A stretch of 64,000 nucleotides of DNA, from NCBI GenBank assembly GCA_963827655.1, contig CAWHCF010000010.1, forward strand, positions 96,001-160,000. The letters run 5' to 3'. The DNA comes from an uncultured Acidobacteriota bacterium (GTDB lineage Bacteria; Acidobacteriota; UBA6911). Shown in pieces: positions 10,458-21,130 of this stretch (within the stretch, counting starts at the first letter, position 1; each line of letters starts with the position of its first letter). Below the pieces are notes generated by a model. The model was given only the letters and a program-made list of their open reading frames with translations. It was not told where the DNA came from and did not search any database. The position numbers were made by a program, and so were the translations under genes.

Positions 10458-12902
10458 ATGCAAACACTCTGGCAGGACTTGCGTTATGCGACACGACTGA
10501 TGCTTAACCAGCCCGGTTTCACAGCCGTGGCCGTCCTGACGCTGGCATTGGGGATCGGGGCAAACACCACAATCTACAGTGTCATCAATGCCGTCCTCCT
10601 TCGGCCGCTCCCCTACCCGGAGCCGGAGCAGATCGTCCGGGTCTTTGAGACCACCAGAAGCATGACCGAAAGCCCGGTTTCACCTCCCAACTTTGTTGAC
10701 TGGAAGGGGCAGAGCCGCGTTTTCGAACGGATCGCGGCTTTTCAGGGATGGGCCGCCGGCTTCGCAGGTCCCGAAGGCGTCGAGCAGGTTTCCGCCCTCA
10801 GGATCTCGGCGGACTTTTTCCCGTTGCTCGGGGTTACGACGTCGAGGGGTCGCGTTTTCCTCCCCGAAGATGACCGTCCCGGGAGTGACCGGGTGGTTAT
10901 CCTCAGTCACGGCTTGTGGCTCTCGCGTTTTGGAGGCGATCCCGGCATGATCGGCAAGGGCCTCACGCTCGACGGTCAGAGTTTCACGGTGGCCGGCGTT
11001 CTGCCGCGCGACTTCGAATTCCTCTCGCCCGAAATCGGCATCTGGATTCCGCTGAGGCTTGGTGATGAAAGTCATCGCATGAAGCGCACCGAGCGCTATC
11101 TGCAGGTGATCGCCCGGCTCAAGCCAGGAGTGACACTGGAACAGGCGCAGGCAGAGATGAACGGCCTCGCGCTTGATCTGTCACGCCAGTATCCCGAAGC
11201 CAATGCCAGTAGCGGGGCGCGCCTGGTTCCGCTGCACAAACACCTCGTCCGTAACTTGACAGATTCACTTCTGCTCGTGCTTGGGGCGGCATGCTTCGTG
11301 CTGCTCATCGCCTGCGCGAACGTGACCAATCTGCTGCTCGCCCGCGCCAGCGCAAGGCAGAAGGAGATGGCGATTCGCGCCACGCTTGGAGCCGGCCGCT
11401 GGCGGGTCATGCGCCAGCTCCTCACGGAATCCGCGCTGTTGTTTCTCCTCAGCGGCGCAATCGGGGTTTTACTCGCATGGTGGAGCCTTGACATACTCAT
11501 CGCCCTCTGGCCGCGGAGCGGCGGCGCTCTCAGCTTTGCGGTCTCCCGCCTTCAGACCGGCGGCGTCGACCTTCGCGTACTGCTCTTCACTTCGCTGGTG
11601 TCATTGGCCACCGGAATCGTCTTCGGCCTTGCTCCGGCCTGGCAGACGGCGCGCGGCAGCCTCAACCAATCGCTCAAGGAAGCGGGAAGAGGTTCAACGG
11701 TTAGCCTGACCGGACTCCGCTTGCGTCATACGCTCGTGGTGAGTGAAATCGCGGTTGCGCTGGCTCTGCTGATCGGAGCAGGGTTACTCATCAACAGCCT
11801 GTGGCGTCTTCATAACGTGAATCCGGGATTCAATCCTGAACGTGTGATAACTATGCAGGTCGCTTCACCGGTGGTTGCGTCCAAGGAAGGAAAAGAACAG
11901 CAACCGGCTGCTTTTTTCCACGAGGTCGTGTCCCAGGTCGAGGCCGTGCCGGGCGTCCAGTCGGCAAGTGTCATTAACACGACGCCACTGGCAGGCGAAG
12001 GCTCACTGACTCGTTTCACGATTGAAAACCGCCCGCCGGCTTCGCCGGCTGACGTACCGATGGTGAATTACCGGGTCGTCGGGCCGGGGTATTTTCGCGT
12101 GATGGATATTCGTCTGATGCAAGGCCGGCATTTCGTCGAAGCTGACGGGTCCGATTCAACGGCAGTCGTCATCATCAACGAAGCCCTGGCGCGGCGATTC
12201 TGGTCCGACGCGAGCCCGATAGGCCAACGCATCCGTCGCGGCGGCCTCGACGGGTTCGGTCCCTGGTACGTCATTGTAGGGGTGGTAAGCGATGTCAGGG
12301 CTTACGGGATCGACGCCGACCCGCGACCGGAAATCTTCATTCCGCACGCTCAGTTTCGCTTGCCGCAAATGACCCTGGTCGCGCGAACCGCGGGTGATCC
12401 GTCGCAGCTCGTCAATGCGATCCGCGCACAGATTCGAGCTGTCAACCGGAACGCGCCGATCACCGGAGTGCAGACCATGGAGCAGTTGCTCTCGAGGTCG
12501 GTCATGGCGCGGCGATTCACCATGGCACTACTCACCGTTTTTGCCGGGCTGGCTTTGATCCTCGCCGCGGTTGGTATTTTCGGCGTGATGTCTTATTCGG
12601 TCACCGAGCGCACGCGCGAGATCGGCATCCGCATGGCTTTGGGCGCGCGAGCGGGCGATGTGGTGAAGGTGATCGTCAGGCAAGGGATGATACTTGCAGT
12701 GATTGGCATCGTGTTTGGTCTGGCGGCATCGTTCGCGCTGACGCCGTTGATGCAAAGTCTGCTGTTCGGCGTGAGCCCGACCGATCCGGTGACGTTTATC
12801 GTGCTTGCGTTCTTGCTCGCTGCAGTGGCTCTAGCGGCCTGCCATCTTCCGGCCCGGCGAGCGGCAAGAGTCGATCCCATGGTGACGCTGCGGCACGAGT
12901 GA
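10458..12902 (+). CDS. ABC transporter permease, acidobacterial duplicated orphan permease (ADOP; MacB_PCD/FtsX x2)
   Basis: [30 protein letters not shown]; [15 protein letters not shown]; [13 protein letters not shown]; [17 protein letters not shown]. Confidence 0.93.
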   Translation: MQTLWQDLRYATRLMLNQPGFTAVAVLTLALGIGANTTIYSVINAVLLRPLPYPEPEQIVRVFETTRSMTESPVSPPNFVDWKGQSRVFERIAAFQGWAAGFAGPEGVEQVSALRISADFFPLLGVTTSRGRVFLPEDDRPGSDRVVILSHGLWLSRFGGDPGMIGKGLTLDGQSFTVAGVLPRDFEFLSPEIGIWIPLRLGDESHRMKRTERYLQVIARLKPGVTLEQAQAEMNGLALDLSRQYPEANASSGARLVPLHKHLVRNLTDSLLLVLGAACFVLLIACANVTNLLLARASARQKEMAIRATLGAGRWRVMRQLLTESALLFLLSGAIGVLLAWWSLDILIALWPRSGGALSFAVSRLQTGGVDLRVLLFTSLVSLATGIVFGLAPAWQTARGSLNQSLKEAGRGSTVSLTGLRLRHTLVVSEIAVALALLIGAGLLINSLWRLHNVNPGFNPERVITMQVASPVVASKEGKEQQPAAFFHEVVSQVEAVPGVQSASVINTTPLAGEGSLTRFTIENRPPASPADVPMVNYRVVGPGYFRVMDIRLMQGRHFVEADGSDSTAVVIINEALARRFWSDASPIGQRIRRGGLDGFGPWYVIVGVVSDVRAYGIDADPRPEIFIPHAQFRLPQMTLVARTAGDPSQLVNAIRAQIRAVNRNAPITGVQTMEQLLSRSVMARRFTMALLTVFAGLALILAAVGIFGVMSYSVTERTREIGIRMALGARAGDVVKVIVRQGMILAVIGIVFGLAASFALTPLMQSLLFGVSPTDPVTFIVLAFLLAAVALAACHLPARRAARVDPMVTLRHE

Positions 12903-13019
12903 GATACGTGGTCGCGTCGCCAGTCGAACTCTTGTTCGCGGCCATTGTCGGTGTGCTCGTTAAGGCTCTACTACACCCAGCCCGATAAAGTAGTCCCGGT
13001 AATAGCCGCGGTCGCGGGC

Positions 13020-13105
13020 CACAACCGTGGTGACGAAGAAACCGCTGGCCGTCAGGTGAGGGTTCGTAGCTCGACGACGTCGTCAACGAGAACAGCGCGC
13101 GCGGC
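13020..13105 (-). pseudogene. Relic of a kinase/TolB-propeller C-terminus
   Basis: EPRALFSLTTSSSYEPSPDGQRFL resembles the adjacent kinase C-terminus (PGALF...YDVTADGQRFL). Confidence 0.55.
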
Positions 13106-13116
13106 TCTCGTTCAAT

Positions 13117-16100
13117 TCATGGTGCCAGCCGCTTCAATTCCTCAAACCAGTTCTGAACCACGATCATCTGTGTGATGACATCAGGTGGACGCTCTCGGGC
13201 TTGAATCAGTAAAAACCGTTGGCCGTCGGCAGTCACGTCATACCCACGCGCCGGCTGGTTCATCTGGTACGGCCCTTCGAACAGCGCACCGGGCTTGCCA
13301 AAAGTCAACGCAGGTTGCGTGGTAACGCCCACTGCCATCATCTGGACATCGAGCGTTTCCTGAGGCGGCGTCCCGACCCTCTGCCGCGCGTAGAAGAGCT
13401 CGCGGCCATCAGCACGCCAGATTGGGGACATCCCGCCGTCCGTGGACACCTGATAGCGCGGCCCGGGGCCGGGATGCGCCTGAACATATACCTGAAGCTG
13501 GCCGGAGTCATCCGAGTGGTAGGCAATCCAGCGTCCGTCGGGGGACACATCGACTCCTCCTCGGTTTTGCGACCCAACCGGGGCGGGTATGCCCTTCAAC
13601 GCGCCGTTCTGAGAAAACAAGGTCTCCTGTCTACCCGAGAGGAAGGCGCTTGGCCCTGGGTAATACAGCAGCTCTCCAGCAGCCGTCCACGTACCGGGGA
13701 CGAGGTTGTGCTCGCTGGCGATGAGCTGCTCCGGGAGCCCGCCGCCGTCGGCCCGAACTCGGTACAGCTTGTCCGCACCTGCGGTGCTCGAGGCGTAAGT
13801 GATCCAGTAGCCATCGCGCGACCAGATCGGCACGTTGAGGCGCCCAGGAAGCGACAGCCTGGTCAGCATCTCTCGCGCGAGCGAATACAGCCAGATGTCC
13901 CGGTCGCGGCCGAAGGTATTGAGAGCGATCTGCCGTCCATCGGGCGAGAGGCGCAGGGTAGCAAACGCACGCGGCGGAATCGGAAGAGTCTCAGATCGTC
14001 CTGTCCGGTCGACCCGTACCACCGATCGTTCGGCCGGGGCAAAGACGCCGCCCGGCAGGTAGACCAGCGTACCGGTCGACGCGGCGGTAAATTGCGCGAC
14101 ACCCGAATCGCTCATCCCCTCACGTGCATACGCCGCCTGCATGACGTCAGCAACCACTCCGACCGGCCCCCCCCTCACCTCGAGGCGCTGCAGATCGAAC
14201 CGTGCGGCAAGCAGGACGCCTTCCCGCGCGTACACAAGGTGGCCGCTCGAGACATACCGGGCATCGGCGCCCCCATTGATGAGCGGTCGCGTGAGGCGCG
14301 TTCGACGCGAATAGACGCGGATCTGCGTCTGGTCCCATCGTGGAAACCGGTGGTGCGTAACGGTAAAGAGAATGGCATCGCCTCCCGGCAGCACGTGCGG
14401 AAGACGGTAACTGACCTCACCACGGGATTGATCGGGAGTGATGATTTCGGTCGGCGCACCGCCCGAGGCCGCAACTTCCCAAAGTGCCCCCGGCCGCCGA
14501 GCGAACACGATCCGGTCGTCGTCCCCCCAGCTGGCGCCGAGCGGTCCAAGGACCAACCCCGTGTCGGCGACGTGGACGGAGGGGCCGCCGGCCAGCGGCA
14601 GTTTGCGTATCTCACCGGCGACGAAGAAACCCACCCACTTCCCGTCGGGCGAAAAGAAGGGGCTGATAGCGCCCTCGGTGCCCGGAATCATGGTGGCATC
14701 CGCCTGATCGAACTGCCGAACATAGAGGGCTCGTCGATTCGCGCGCAGCGCCGAAAACACGAGCGTTCGACCGTCCGGAGACAACGCGAGCGCGGCTCGC
14801 GTCGGACGCCCCTCTATGCCGCCCAATTGATCCGCAGGCGTTACTCCTACCAGAAGCCGTGTCACTTGAGCCGAGGCAGCGGGGCCGCGTCCCGCACTGA
14901 ACCAGCCGCTGGCAAGGGCGGCTATCGCCACGAGAGCGATCGCCCAGCCAGCGTAGGCGAGGCGCGCATACGAGGGTCGGCCGCGTTCCCCGGTGCCGTC
15001 GCCTGACGGCAGCTCGAGGGCGCCCTCCAGCGCGAGACGCACGTCGGCGATATCGTGGAAGCGCTGTCGCAAGTCCTTCTGCAGACAACGCCGCAGGGAC
15101 AGCCGCAGTGCCGCGGGTGTATCCACCGGGAGCGCACTCCAATCGGGTTCCGACTTGATTACGTTGGCGAGCACCTCGGCGACGCCGTCGCCCGCGAGCG
15201 CGGGCGCGCCTGTGAGCATCTCGTAGACCACACAACCAAACGCCCAGATATCGGTGCGCTTGTCGGCCAGCCGTCCGCGCGCCTGCTCAGGGCTCATGTA
15301 GGGCGCAGTGCCCAGCAGCACGCCGTCTTGCGTGTCACACACTGCGACCGTCGGTGAATTCGCAAGCTGGGGCCCGCCGCCGGTGCCGCCCATCGCCCTC
15401 GCGAGGCCGAAGTCGAGCACTTTCACACGCCCCTCGGGCGTGATCTTGATGTTGGCCGGTTTCAGGTCCCGGTGGACGATGCCGCGCTCGTGCGCCGCCT
15501 CGAGCGCCTCGATCACCTGGCTCGCGATGCTCATGACCTCGTCGATGGGCAGGCCGGGTCCTGCAGGACCCGCCCGACGCGCGATGCGGTCGGCGAGCGT
15601 CTCGCCCTCGACCAATTCCAACACGAGCGCCTTGACCGCCAGCCCCCCGCGTGTCGAAGCATCGCTCTCGTGGACGCCATAGATGGCGCCAATGTTGGGA
15701 TGGTTGAGCGACGCCAGCAGGCGCGCCTCGCGGTCGAAGCGGGCGCGCCGGTCGGGATCGGCGAGCCACAGGTCGGGCAGGATCTTGACGGCGACGTCGC
15801 GGCCGAGCGCCGTGTCGCGGGCTCGATAGACCTGGCCCATGCCGCCGGCCCCGAGCAGTCCGGTGATCTCGTAGGTTCCGAGGTGGTCGCCCGCCGTGAG
15901 CGCGTGCGTCGGATCGTTGAGAGCGCCCGCGACGGCATCGAACACAGGTCCGCGTATCGCGCGACCAACCAGGTGTTCGAAGACAGATCCGTGGCCGGCA
16001 TCGGCGGCCAGCAGCGATTCGACCTCGCCCTGAAGCACGCGGTCATCACCGCACAAGTCACGCACGAGTGCCGAGCGATCTTCGATGCGACAGGACACGG

Positions 16101-16149
16101 CCGAGTCGAAGATCTCCTTCACTCGCCTCCAGCGCTCGGCCTCGCTCAC
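13117..16149 (-). CDS. Hanks-type Ser/Thr protein kinase with TM segment and TolB-like (PD40) beta-propeller
   Basis: LGAGGMGQVY, VAVK, HRDLKPAN, DFGLA, GTAPYMSPEQ, DIWAFG; TM helix; repeated SPDG motifs; overlaps the ECF stop (GTGA). Confidence 0.95.
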   Translation of the reverse strand: MSEAERWRRVKEIFDSAVSCRIEDRSALVRDLCGDDRVLQGEVESLLAADAGHGSVFEHLVGRAIRGPVFDAVAGALNDPTHALTAGDHLGTYEITGLLGAGGMGQVYRARDTALGRDVAVKILPDLWLADPDRRARFDREARLLASLNHPNIGAIYGVHESDASTRGGLAVKALVLELVEGETLADRIARRAGPAGPGLPIDEVMSIASQVIEALEAAHERGIVHRDLKPANIKITPEGRVKVLDFGLARAMGGTGGGPQLANSPTVAVCDTQDGVLLGTAPYMSPEQARGRLADKRTDIWAFGCVVYEMLTGAPALAGDGVAEVLANVIKSEPDWSALPVDTPAALRLSLRRCLQKDLRQRFHDIADVRLALEGALELPSGDGTGERGRPSYARLAYAGWAIALVAIAALASGWFSAGRGPAASAQVTRLLVGVTPADQLGGIEGRPTRAALALSPDGRTLVFSALRANRRALYVRQFDQADATMIPGTEGAISPFFSPDGKWVGFFVAGEIRKLPLAGGPSVHVADTGLVLGPLGASWGDDDRIVFARRPGALWEVAASGGAPTEIITPDQSRGEVSYRLPHVLPGGDAILFTVTHHRFPRWDQTQIRVYSRRTRLTRPLINGGADARYVSSGHLVYAREGVLLAARFDLQRLEVRGGPVGVVADVMQAAYAREGMSDSGVAQFTAASTGTLVYLPGGVFAPAERSVVRVDRTGRSETLPIPPRAFATLRLSPDGRQIALNTFGRDRDIWLYSLAREMLTRLSLPGRLNVPIWSRDGYWITYASSTAGADKLYRVRADGGGLPEQLIASEHNLVPGTWTAAGELLYYPGPSAFLSGRQETLFSQNGALKGIPAPVGSQNRGGVDVSPDGRWIAYHSDDSGQLQVYVQAHPGPGPRYQVSTDGGMSPIWRADGRELFYARQRVGTPPQETLDVQMMAVGVTTQPALTFGKPGALFEGPYQMNQPARGYDVTADGQRFLLIQARERPPDVITQMIVVQNWFEELKRLAP

Positions 16150-16733
16150 GTCAACTCCCGGGACCAGCCCGACGTCATTCGACGATAGAGCCAGGCCTTC
16201 GCGCTTCTCAGCTCTCTGGCTACCGTCGATCGTGAGACCGACATGGCAGCGGCGACCTCGTCTTCAGTGAGTCCGCCGAAGTAACACAGCTCGACGATGC
16301 TGCCTTGCCGCTGGTCGAGGTGAGCAAGCTCGGACAACGCTTGATCCAACAGGAGGAGATCGCACCCGCGGGGATCAATGCCCGCGAGGTCGCTGTCGAG
16401 CGTCACCCGCAGCGCTCCGTCCGGACGTTTTGCCGCCGCCCGGGCGCGGGCGTGGTCCACGAGAACCCGCCGCATCATTCGCGACGCCAGCGCGAAGAAG
16501 TGCGCACGGCTTTGCCAGTCGACCTCTCGCTGGCCGAGCAGGCGCAGATAGGCTTCGTGTACCAGCGCGGTGGGTTGGAGCGTGTGGTCACGGCGGTCAC
16601 GGCGCAGATGGCCCGCGGCGCGCCGCCGCAACTCGTCGTACACGATCGGCAGCAGCTTCTCCTCCGCGTGCGGATTCCCTTCCGACCATGCCCGGAGCAG
16701 ACGCGTCACCACGCCCGTTGACGCCGATTGCAT
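16146..16733 (-). CDS. ECF sigma factor, kinase-associated (TIGR02999/ECF43-like)
   Basis: VTRLLRAWSEG..LLPIVYDELRRRA..HTLQPTALVHEAYLRL..WQSRAHFFA..YFGGLT. Confidence 0.92.
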   Translation of the reverse strand: MQSASTGVVTRLLRAWSEGNPHAEEKLLPIVYDELRRRAAGHLRRDRRDHTLQPTALVHEAYLRLLGQREVDWQSRAHFFALASRMMRRVLVDHARARAAAKRPDGALRVTLDSDLAGIDPRGCDLLLLDQALSELAHLDQRQGSIVELCYFGGLTEDEVAAAMSVSRSTVARELRSAKAWLYRRMTSGWSRELT

Positions 16734-16809
16734 ATCTGTGCGCCCCCCCTCGGTCGAAACCGTGACACAACCGAGTCGAATTTTCCGCGTTAAATAGTAG
16801 CGAGTGACC

Positions 16810-16905
16810 ATGACTATGCCACCAGAGCCGGGCTTGAGTCAAGGCGGGCGCGCCATTTCCAAGGACGGATTGAGTCTCTACCTCCACTCCGACTGACCTG
16901 GCGAT
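16810..16905 (+). pseudogene. Relic of a PD40/TolB-like repeat protein
   Basis: GGRAISKDGLSLYLHSD*PG matches the PD40 repeat pattern (P-x-IS-x-DG-x-x-LYF-x-S-x-R-x-G), with TGA at 16894 where Arg is expected. Confidence 0.55.
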
Positions 16906-17010
16906 GCGCAAGACGGTGTTCGCTCCCTGGTCTTGTTGGGTGCGTCTCCTATCGCCGGGGCCTCTGACGTCATCGGAAACGGTCATTCCGATCGGAAAGG
17001 AGTAACGACG

Positions 17011-18286
17011 ATGAAAGCGAAGTTCAAGTACGCTCCGATTCTCTCGACCCTGCTGGTTGTCGTGGTTGCTGGACGCGGGGCATTCGCCGAGGACATTCGC
17101 GGAGCGATCGCAGCGACCAAGATTATAGCGGAGGACAGTCGGTTGGTGGGCGATGTGACTTGTAGCGTTATAGACAATCCCTGTATCGCGTTAGTCGCCT
17201 CCGGGATCAAGCTGTCGCTCAATGGATTCACGATCACGGGTCCCGCTAATCCGGACGATTCTGCCACCTGTAATCCGGGTGGAGGTCCGCCGCCCGCGGA
17301 CCTCATAAATATCGCCAACCTGACGGATGTGCAAATCCTCGGTCCCGGTCTGGTACAGCGAGCTCGTAGAAACGGAATCTACATCGGGGGGGCGGCCAAC
17401 ACGAGAATTACAGTGAAGCAAGTGACACTGCATCACAACTGTGGAAGCGGTATCATGACCGCCAACATGTGGGACAGCATCATCGAGGGAAATACTTCGA
17501 TCAGGAATGCGATGAACTCTGGTGCAGCTCCACGTGGAGGCCATACGCTTCTCGACAGCAACAATAATCACGTTCGGAGGAACCAATTCAGCGGCAACGG
17601 CTCGGTCTGTCCGACTCCTGCTTGCACCGCTGCTGCCGCGACAGCAGCTTCCAATAACGACTTCGGCGTGGGTCTCATCGGCACCAGCAGTGGCAATCTG
17701 ATCGAATCGAACAGCATCACCGGGAATACAAATGGGGTACTCGTCGAAGTGGGTGCCGCCGGTAATGTTGTCCGCCAGAACAGCATTGCCGGGAACCCTC
17801 CCAGTCAGATCTCGCGAGATTACGGTCCGATCGGATTCGACATAATGGACCAATCGGCAACCAACGGCGCCCGCAACATGATCGAAAGCAACCAGTGTAT
17901 TTCGTATTCTGGCCCCGGACCGAGTCCTTGTCCCAACTTGCCAGCGGGCGATGTAACGACGATACTGACCGCCGCGAACGCGCCGAGCGCCACGGGTGTG
18001 TCTTTCGCTTCAAGTGCGGTGAACGCCGGCGGCTCATTCACGGCCACATTCTCGGGCAGCAATCTCAGTGCGACTACGTACTTCGATGTGAGATTCCGGA
18101 TGCCAGGATCGACGACAGATCTCATAGCGCTGAATTGGCAGCGGGGAACATCCGCGCCACACGTTTTGGCCGTTGGCACATCGGCGGGCAGGATGGATTG
18201 TCACCGGTGTGCGGGCACATACGGACTCCGGCGATGCAGCTGGTCCATTTACTCAGGTTTCTGCGACGCTAAGCGTGGTCCCATAA
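17011..18286 (+). CDS. Secreted right-handed parallel beta-helix protein plus C-terminal ~100-aa unknown domain; frameshift at ~18190
   Basis: Signal peptide MKAKFKYAPILSTLLVVVVAGRGAFA; N/G-rich PbH1-type repeats (GIKLSLNGFTITG, GNLIESNSITGN). After a frame change it reads WIVTGVRAHTDSGDAAGPFTQVSATLSVVP*. The 618-aa ORF tail is read-through. Confidence 0.8.
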
Positions 18287-18323
18287 GTTGGATTGAGAAC
18301 CGTCGCAAGTCGTCAAAAAGTAG

Positions 18324-18377
18324 AAAGTTGAAAGTGCTGAGTCCAAAGGCTTTCAACTCAGCACTCAGCACTTTTTA
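18324..18377. repeat. Heptamer-type hairpin (ACTCAGC repeats) between convergent genes, likely bidirectional terminator
   Basis: aaagtgctgagt ... actcagcactcagcacttttt. Confidence 0.65.
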
Positions 18378-18402
18378 CTCTAATGTTACACCCTGTGAAG
18401 AT

Positions 18403-20966
18403 TCAGGGCGCCGAAGCTGGAACGGATCCGACCACAGAACGGAAGAAGAAAGGCTTCAGGAAATCGCATGGCTGCGACCGCAAACCTCTGCTTTCTCTTA
18501 TAACAGAATCAAGGATCAGGTATTCGTCGCCGCTCACAAATGCGATTGGATATTGGTACGCGGACCAATGCACGGCAGTATTGTCGCTCGTGCGGTTAGG
18601 ATCTCCATAAGCTGCAAAGCGGGTCCAATAAGCGCCCATCGAGCGTCGAAAGCGCAACGGTCCGCTGCGTTGAGCACACGGTTATCTGGAGCGCCAAAGT
18701 CATTTCCAAACACGAAGTTCGTGTCGAGGCCATGGATGACGCGGTTGGAAGCGAGACCGTCGACCACATACTCAAACGAATACAAGTAGACCGGCGTCAG
18801 CGTTCGAGCGACGAGTTCGGCCAGTCGGGTTGTTTCGCAGACATATTCGACGTCGCCGGTAAGCTGAGCCAGCGCCTCCTTGGGTGTTGCGAAATCCTGT
18901 GGCCGGTACCTGGCGAGAACTGCTGGAGCGTCGCGGCCAAATTCCACTTCGACCGCCGCTTGATATTGTGCGGCGCTAAGGCCGCCGGGAAAGCTCCGGT
19001 CAACAAAAGCCCAGCCTTCGTCTCGAGTTGCTCCGAGAAGGATGGGGACACGATTGAAAGCCCCTCGTTCGTACAGGAAGCGAGGCTGATCCGGGATCTC
19101 CAGGCCATCGACAACCGGACTCCAATGGGCGGCAGTCTCGACAAATTCCCACCTGGCGGCGGTGCGCAACGCTCGAAGCACCTCATCTCTCGACTTGGAT
19201 CGCATGCACGAAAGAACCTGCGACGGATTCGCACAACCGAGAGCGGCTGCGAAATCATTGCCCTGCGACTCTGCTTCTTCTCGTGTTTTCCATCGGCTTG
19301 ACGCGTAACCACTCTCCATCACAGCCCGATGGAATAGTCCTGCACTTCGAGGCGATACCAGGTGGAGACTCACACTGTGCGCTCCGGCCGATTGCCCGGC
19401 AATCGTGATATTGCCTGGGTCTCCTCCCAATGAAGCGATGTTGTCCCTCACCCAAACCATAGCCGCACGCTGGTCCAGAAGCCCGTAATTGCCGGATGAA
19501 CGGTAATCCGGATTCTCGTTGGTGAGGGCGCTGTGGGCAAGGAAACCGAAAGGACCGAGACGATAATTGGGAGCGACAACGATTACACCATTCTGTTCGG
19601 CAAGCTTCTGGCCATTGTGAGCTGCAAAGTTGGCGGAAGCTGCAACAAAGGCGCCGGTGTGAATCCAGACGATCACGGGCGCCGGTGGCGTGGGAGTCCG
19701 CTTGGGTATCCAGACATTGAGTTTCAAGCAGTCTTCGGATCCTGCGGCTGCCCAGCCTGGTTCAGGAGCGCAGAGAGGAGGTGACGTCGCAAAAAGAATC
19801 GAAGGGCTCCAGGGCGGACTCGGCTGCGGCGGTTGCCATCTGAGATTCTCCAACGGCGCGGCAGCATAGGGAATGCCTAAGAAGGCACAAGAAGCGCCAA
19901 GATCCTGTCCTTGGATGGCTCCGGAGGGTGTTGTTATGAAGCAGGTCGATGAGATAACTGCAAGAGTCGCGGAGACGGCATCGAAATCACCGCTATGTTC
20001 GTCTCTGTCTTGGTGCGCTCGTACGCCGTTTATCGTCCAGTTTCCAAGGGCAGTACCGGGGACGATGCCGTGGCTTCCCGACAGTCCCTGCTGCCAATTG
20101 AGAACCACCAGGTCGCTCGAGCTGCCTGGAGCACGAAAGCGTACGTCCAGGTAAGTGTCGTTGGTAACATTCGTACCCGCGAACTTTGCAACAAAGGAGC
20201 TACCAACCTGCGCTGTAGCCGGTTCGAACTTCAGTTCGCTGACGACCGGGTTCGAGTCAACGCCGGACCATGAGACAGCGTTAGCAACCAGGCGGCCGTA
20301 AGTCGCATTTCCGAGTTCCAGCGTGCCAAGCACAGTGGAAAACTGGATGACGCGACCCGAACCAAACTGCCAGCCCACGACGCCTGCTCCCCCCGACCCT
20401 CCCGCGCTTGTGTAGAAAACAGTGGCGCCTCTTCTTGGGGCAAAATAAGTCTCCGTCCCATAGTAGTAATCAGCCGTAAACGTCAGTGTCGAAGGGACAC
20501 CGCTGTTGAGCAGTGGATCCGGAGTAGCTTCTTTGTAGGTAATGGAGCGGCTTTCACTATAGGAGACATTCGGCAGCACCGGAAGAACGGGAACTAACGC
20601 CGCAAAAGAGCGGAATGCCGACATGCAAATCGTCCATTCGCTTGTCACAAGCCCGCCGCCGGCTGAGACAAAGTTCACCAGCGCGTTCTGACCAGCCAAC
20701 GGCATATCGCCACTTTCGTCGCCCAGATTGGGCAGCAAAACCACGACCTTCTGTCCAGCAAGCCCTTCGCCAGAGAACCCCGTAAACTCGTTGCCCAGAG
20801 TGACGACGTGGCCTTGGTCTTGCAGAATGGTTCGCAGCTGGTCATCGAGGGCTGTCGAACCGCTTGAGAGAACGAGCACGTCGTGAGCGGACGCCGATGC
20901 CGGACCTAGTGCGCCTAATACCAAAGTTGTGAGTGCAGTAAAGAGCGTGGTCGTGAGCCTTCGCAT
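18403..20966 (-). CDS. Secreted multidomain type-B carboxylesterase (N-terminal GATase/ThuA-like domain + unknown ~100-aa domain + COesterase); frameshift at ~18655
   Basis: Signal peptide; FLGIPYA, EDCLKLNVW, NYRLG, GNYGLLDQ, GQSAG nucleophile, GATRDEG, VIHGLD; C-terminus continues in ORF 18403..18657 (MGAYWTRFAAYGDPN). Confidence 0.88.
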
Positions 20967-21064
20967 TCGATTCTCCTCTCTGATGGTTGTCTGTGTTAGA
21001 TGTCGGCCCGGAACACGCCTGGCTTCGGGCGTGTGTGCCAGAGAGTAGGCGTCGTGCCATGTCG

Positions 21065-21105
21065 AAGTCCTTGCAAAAAGCTCCCAAAATAGTCCAAAAT
21101 TCCCC
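21065..21105. promoter_or_regulatory. 10-bp-period direct repeats, candidate binding site of the adjacent wHTH regulator
   Basis: ttgcaaaaag ctcccaaaat agtccaaaat in the divergent esterase/wHTH spacer. Confidence 0.45.
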
Positions 21106-21130
21106 CTTCTAACAATTTCCGGGAATATCT

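Noticed and set aside
16894-16896. Selenocysteine or stop-codon recoding at the in-frame TGA
   Set aside because: The position corresponds to Arg (CGA to TGA) in a short relic; genes elsewhere end normally in TGA.
18190-18789. C-terminal ~200 aa of the 618-aa ORF 16933..18789
   Set aside because: Read-through after a frameshift. The alternative frame restores homology to the shared domain and stops at 18286.
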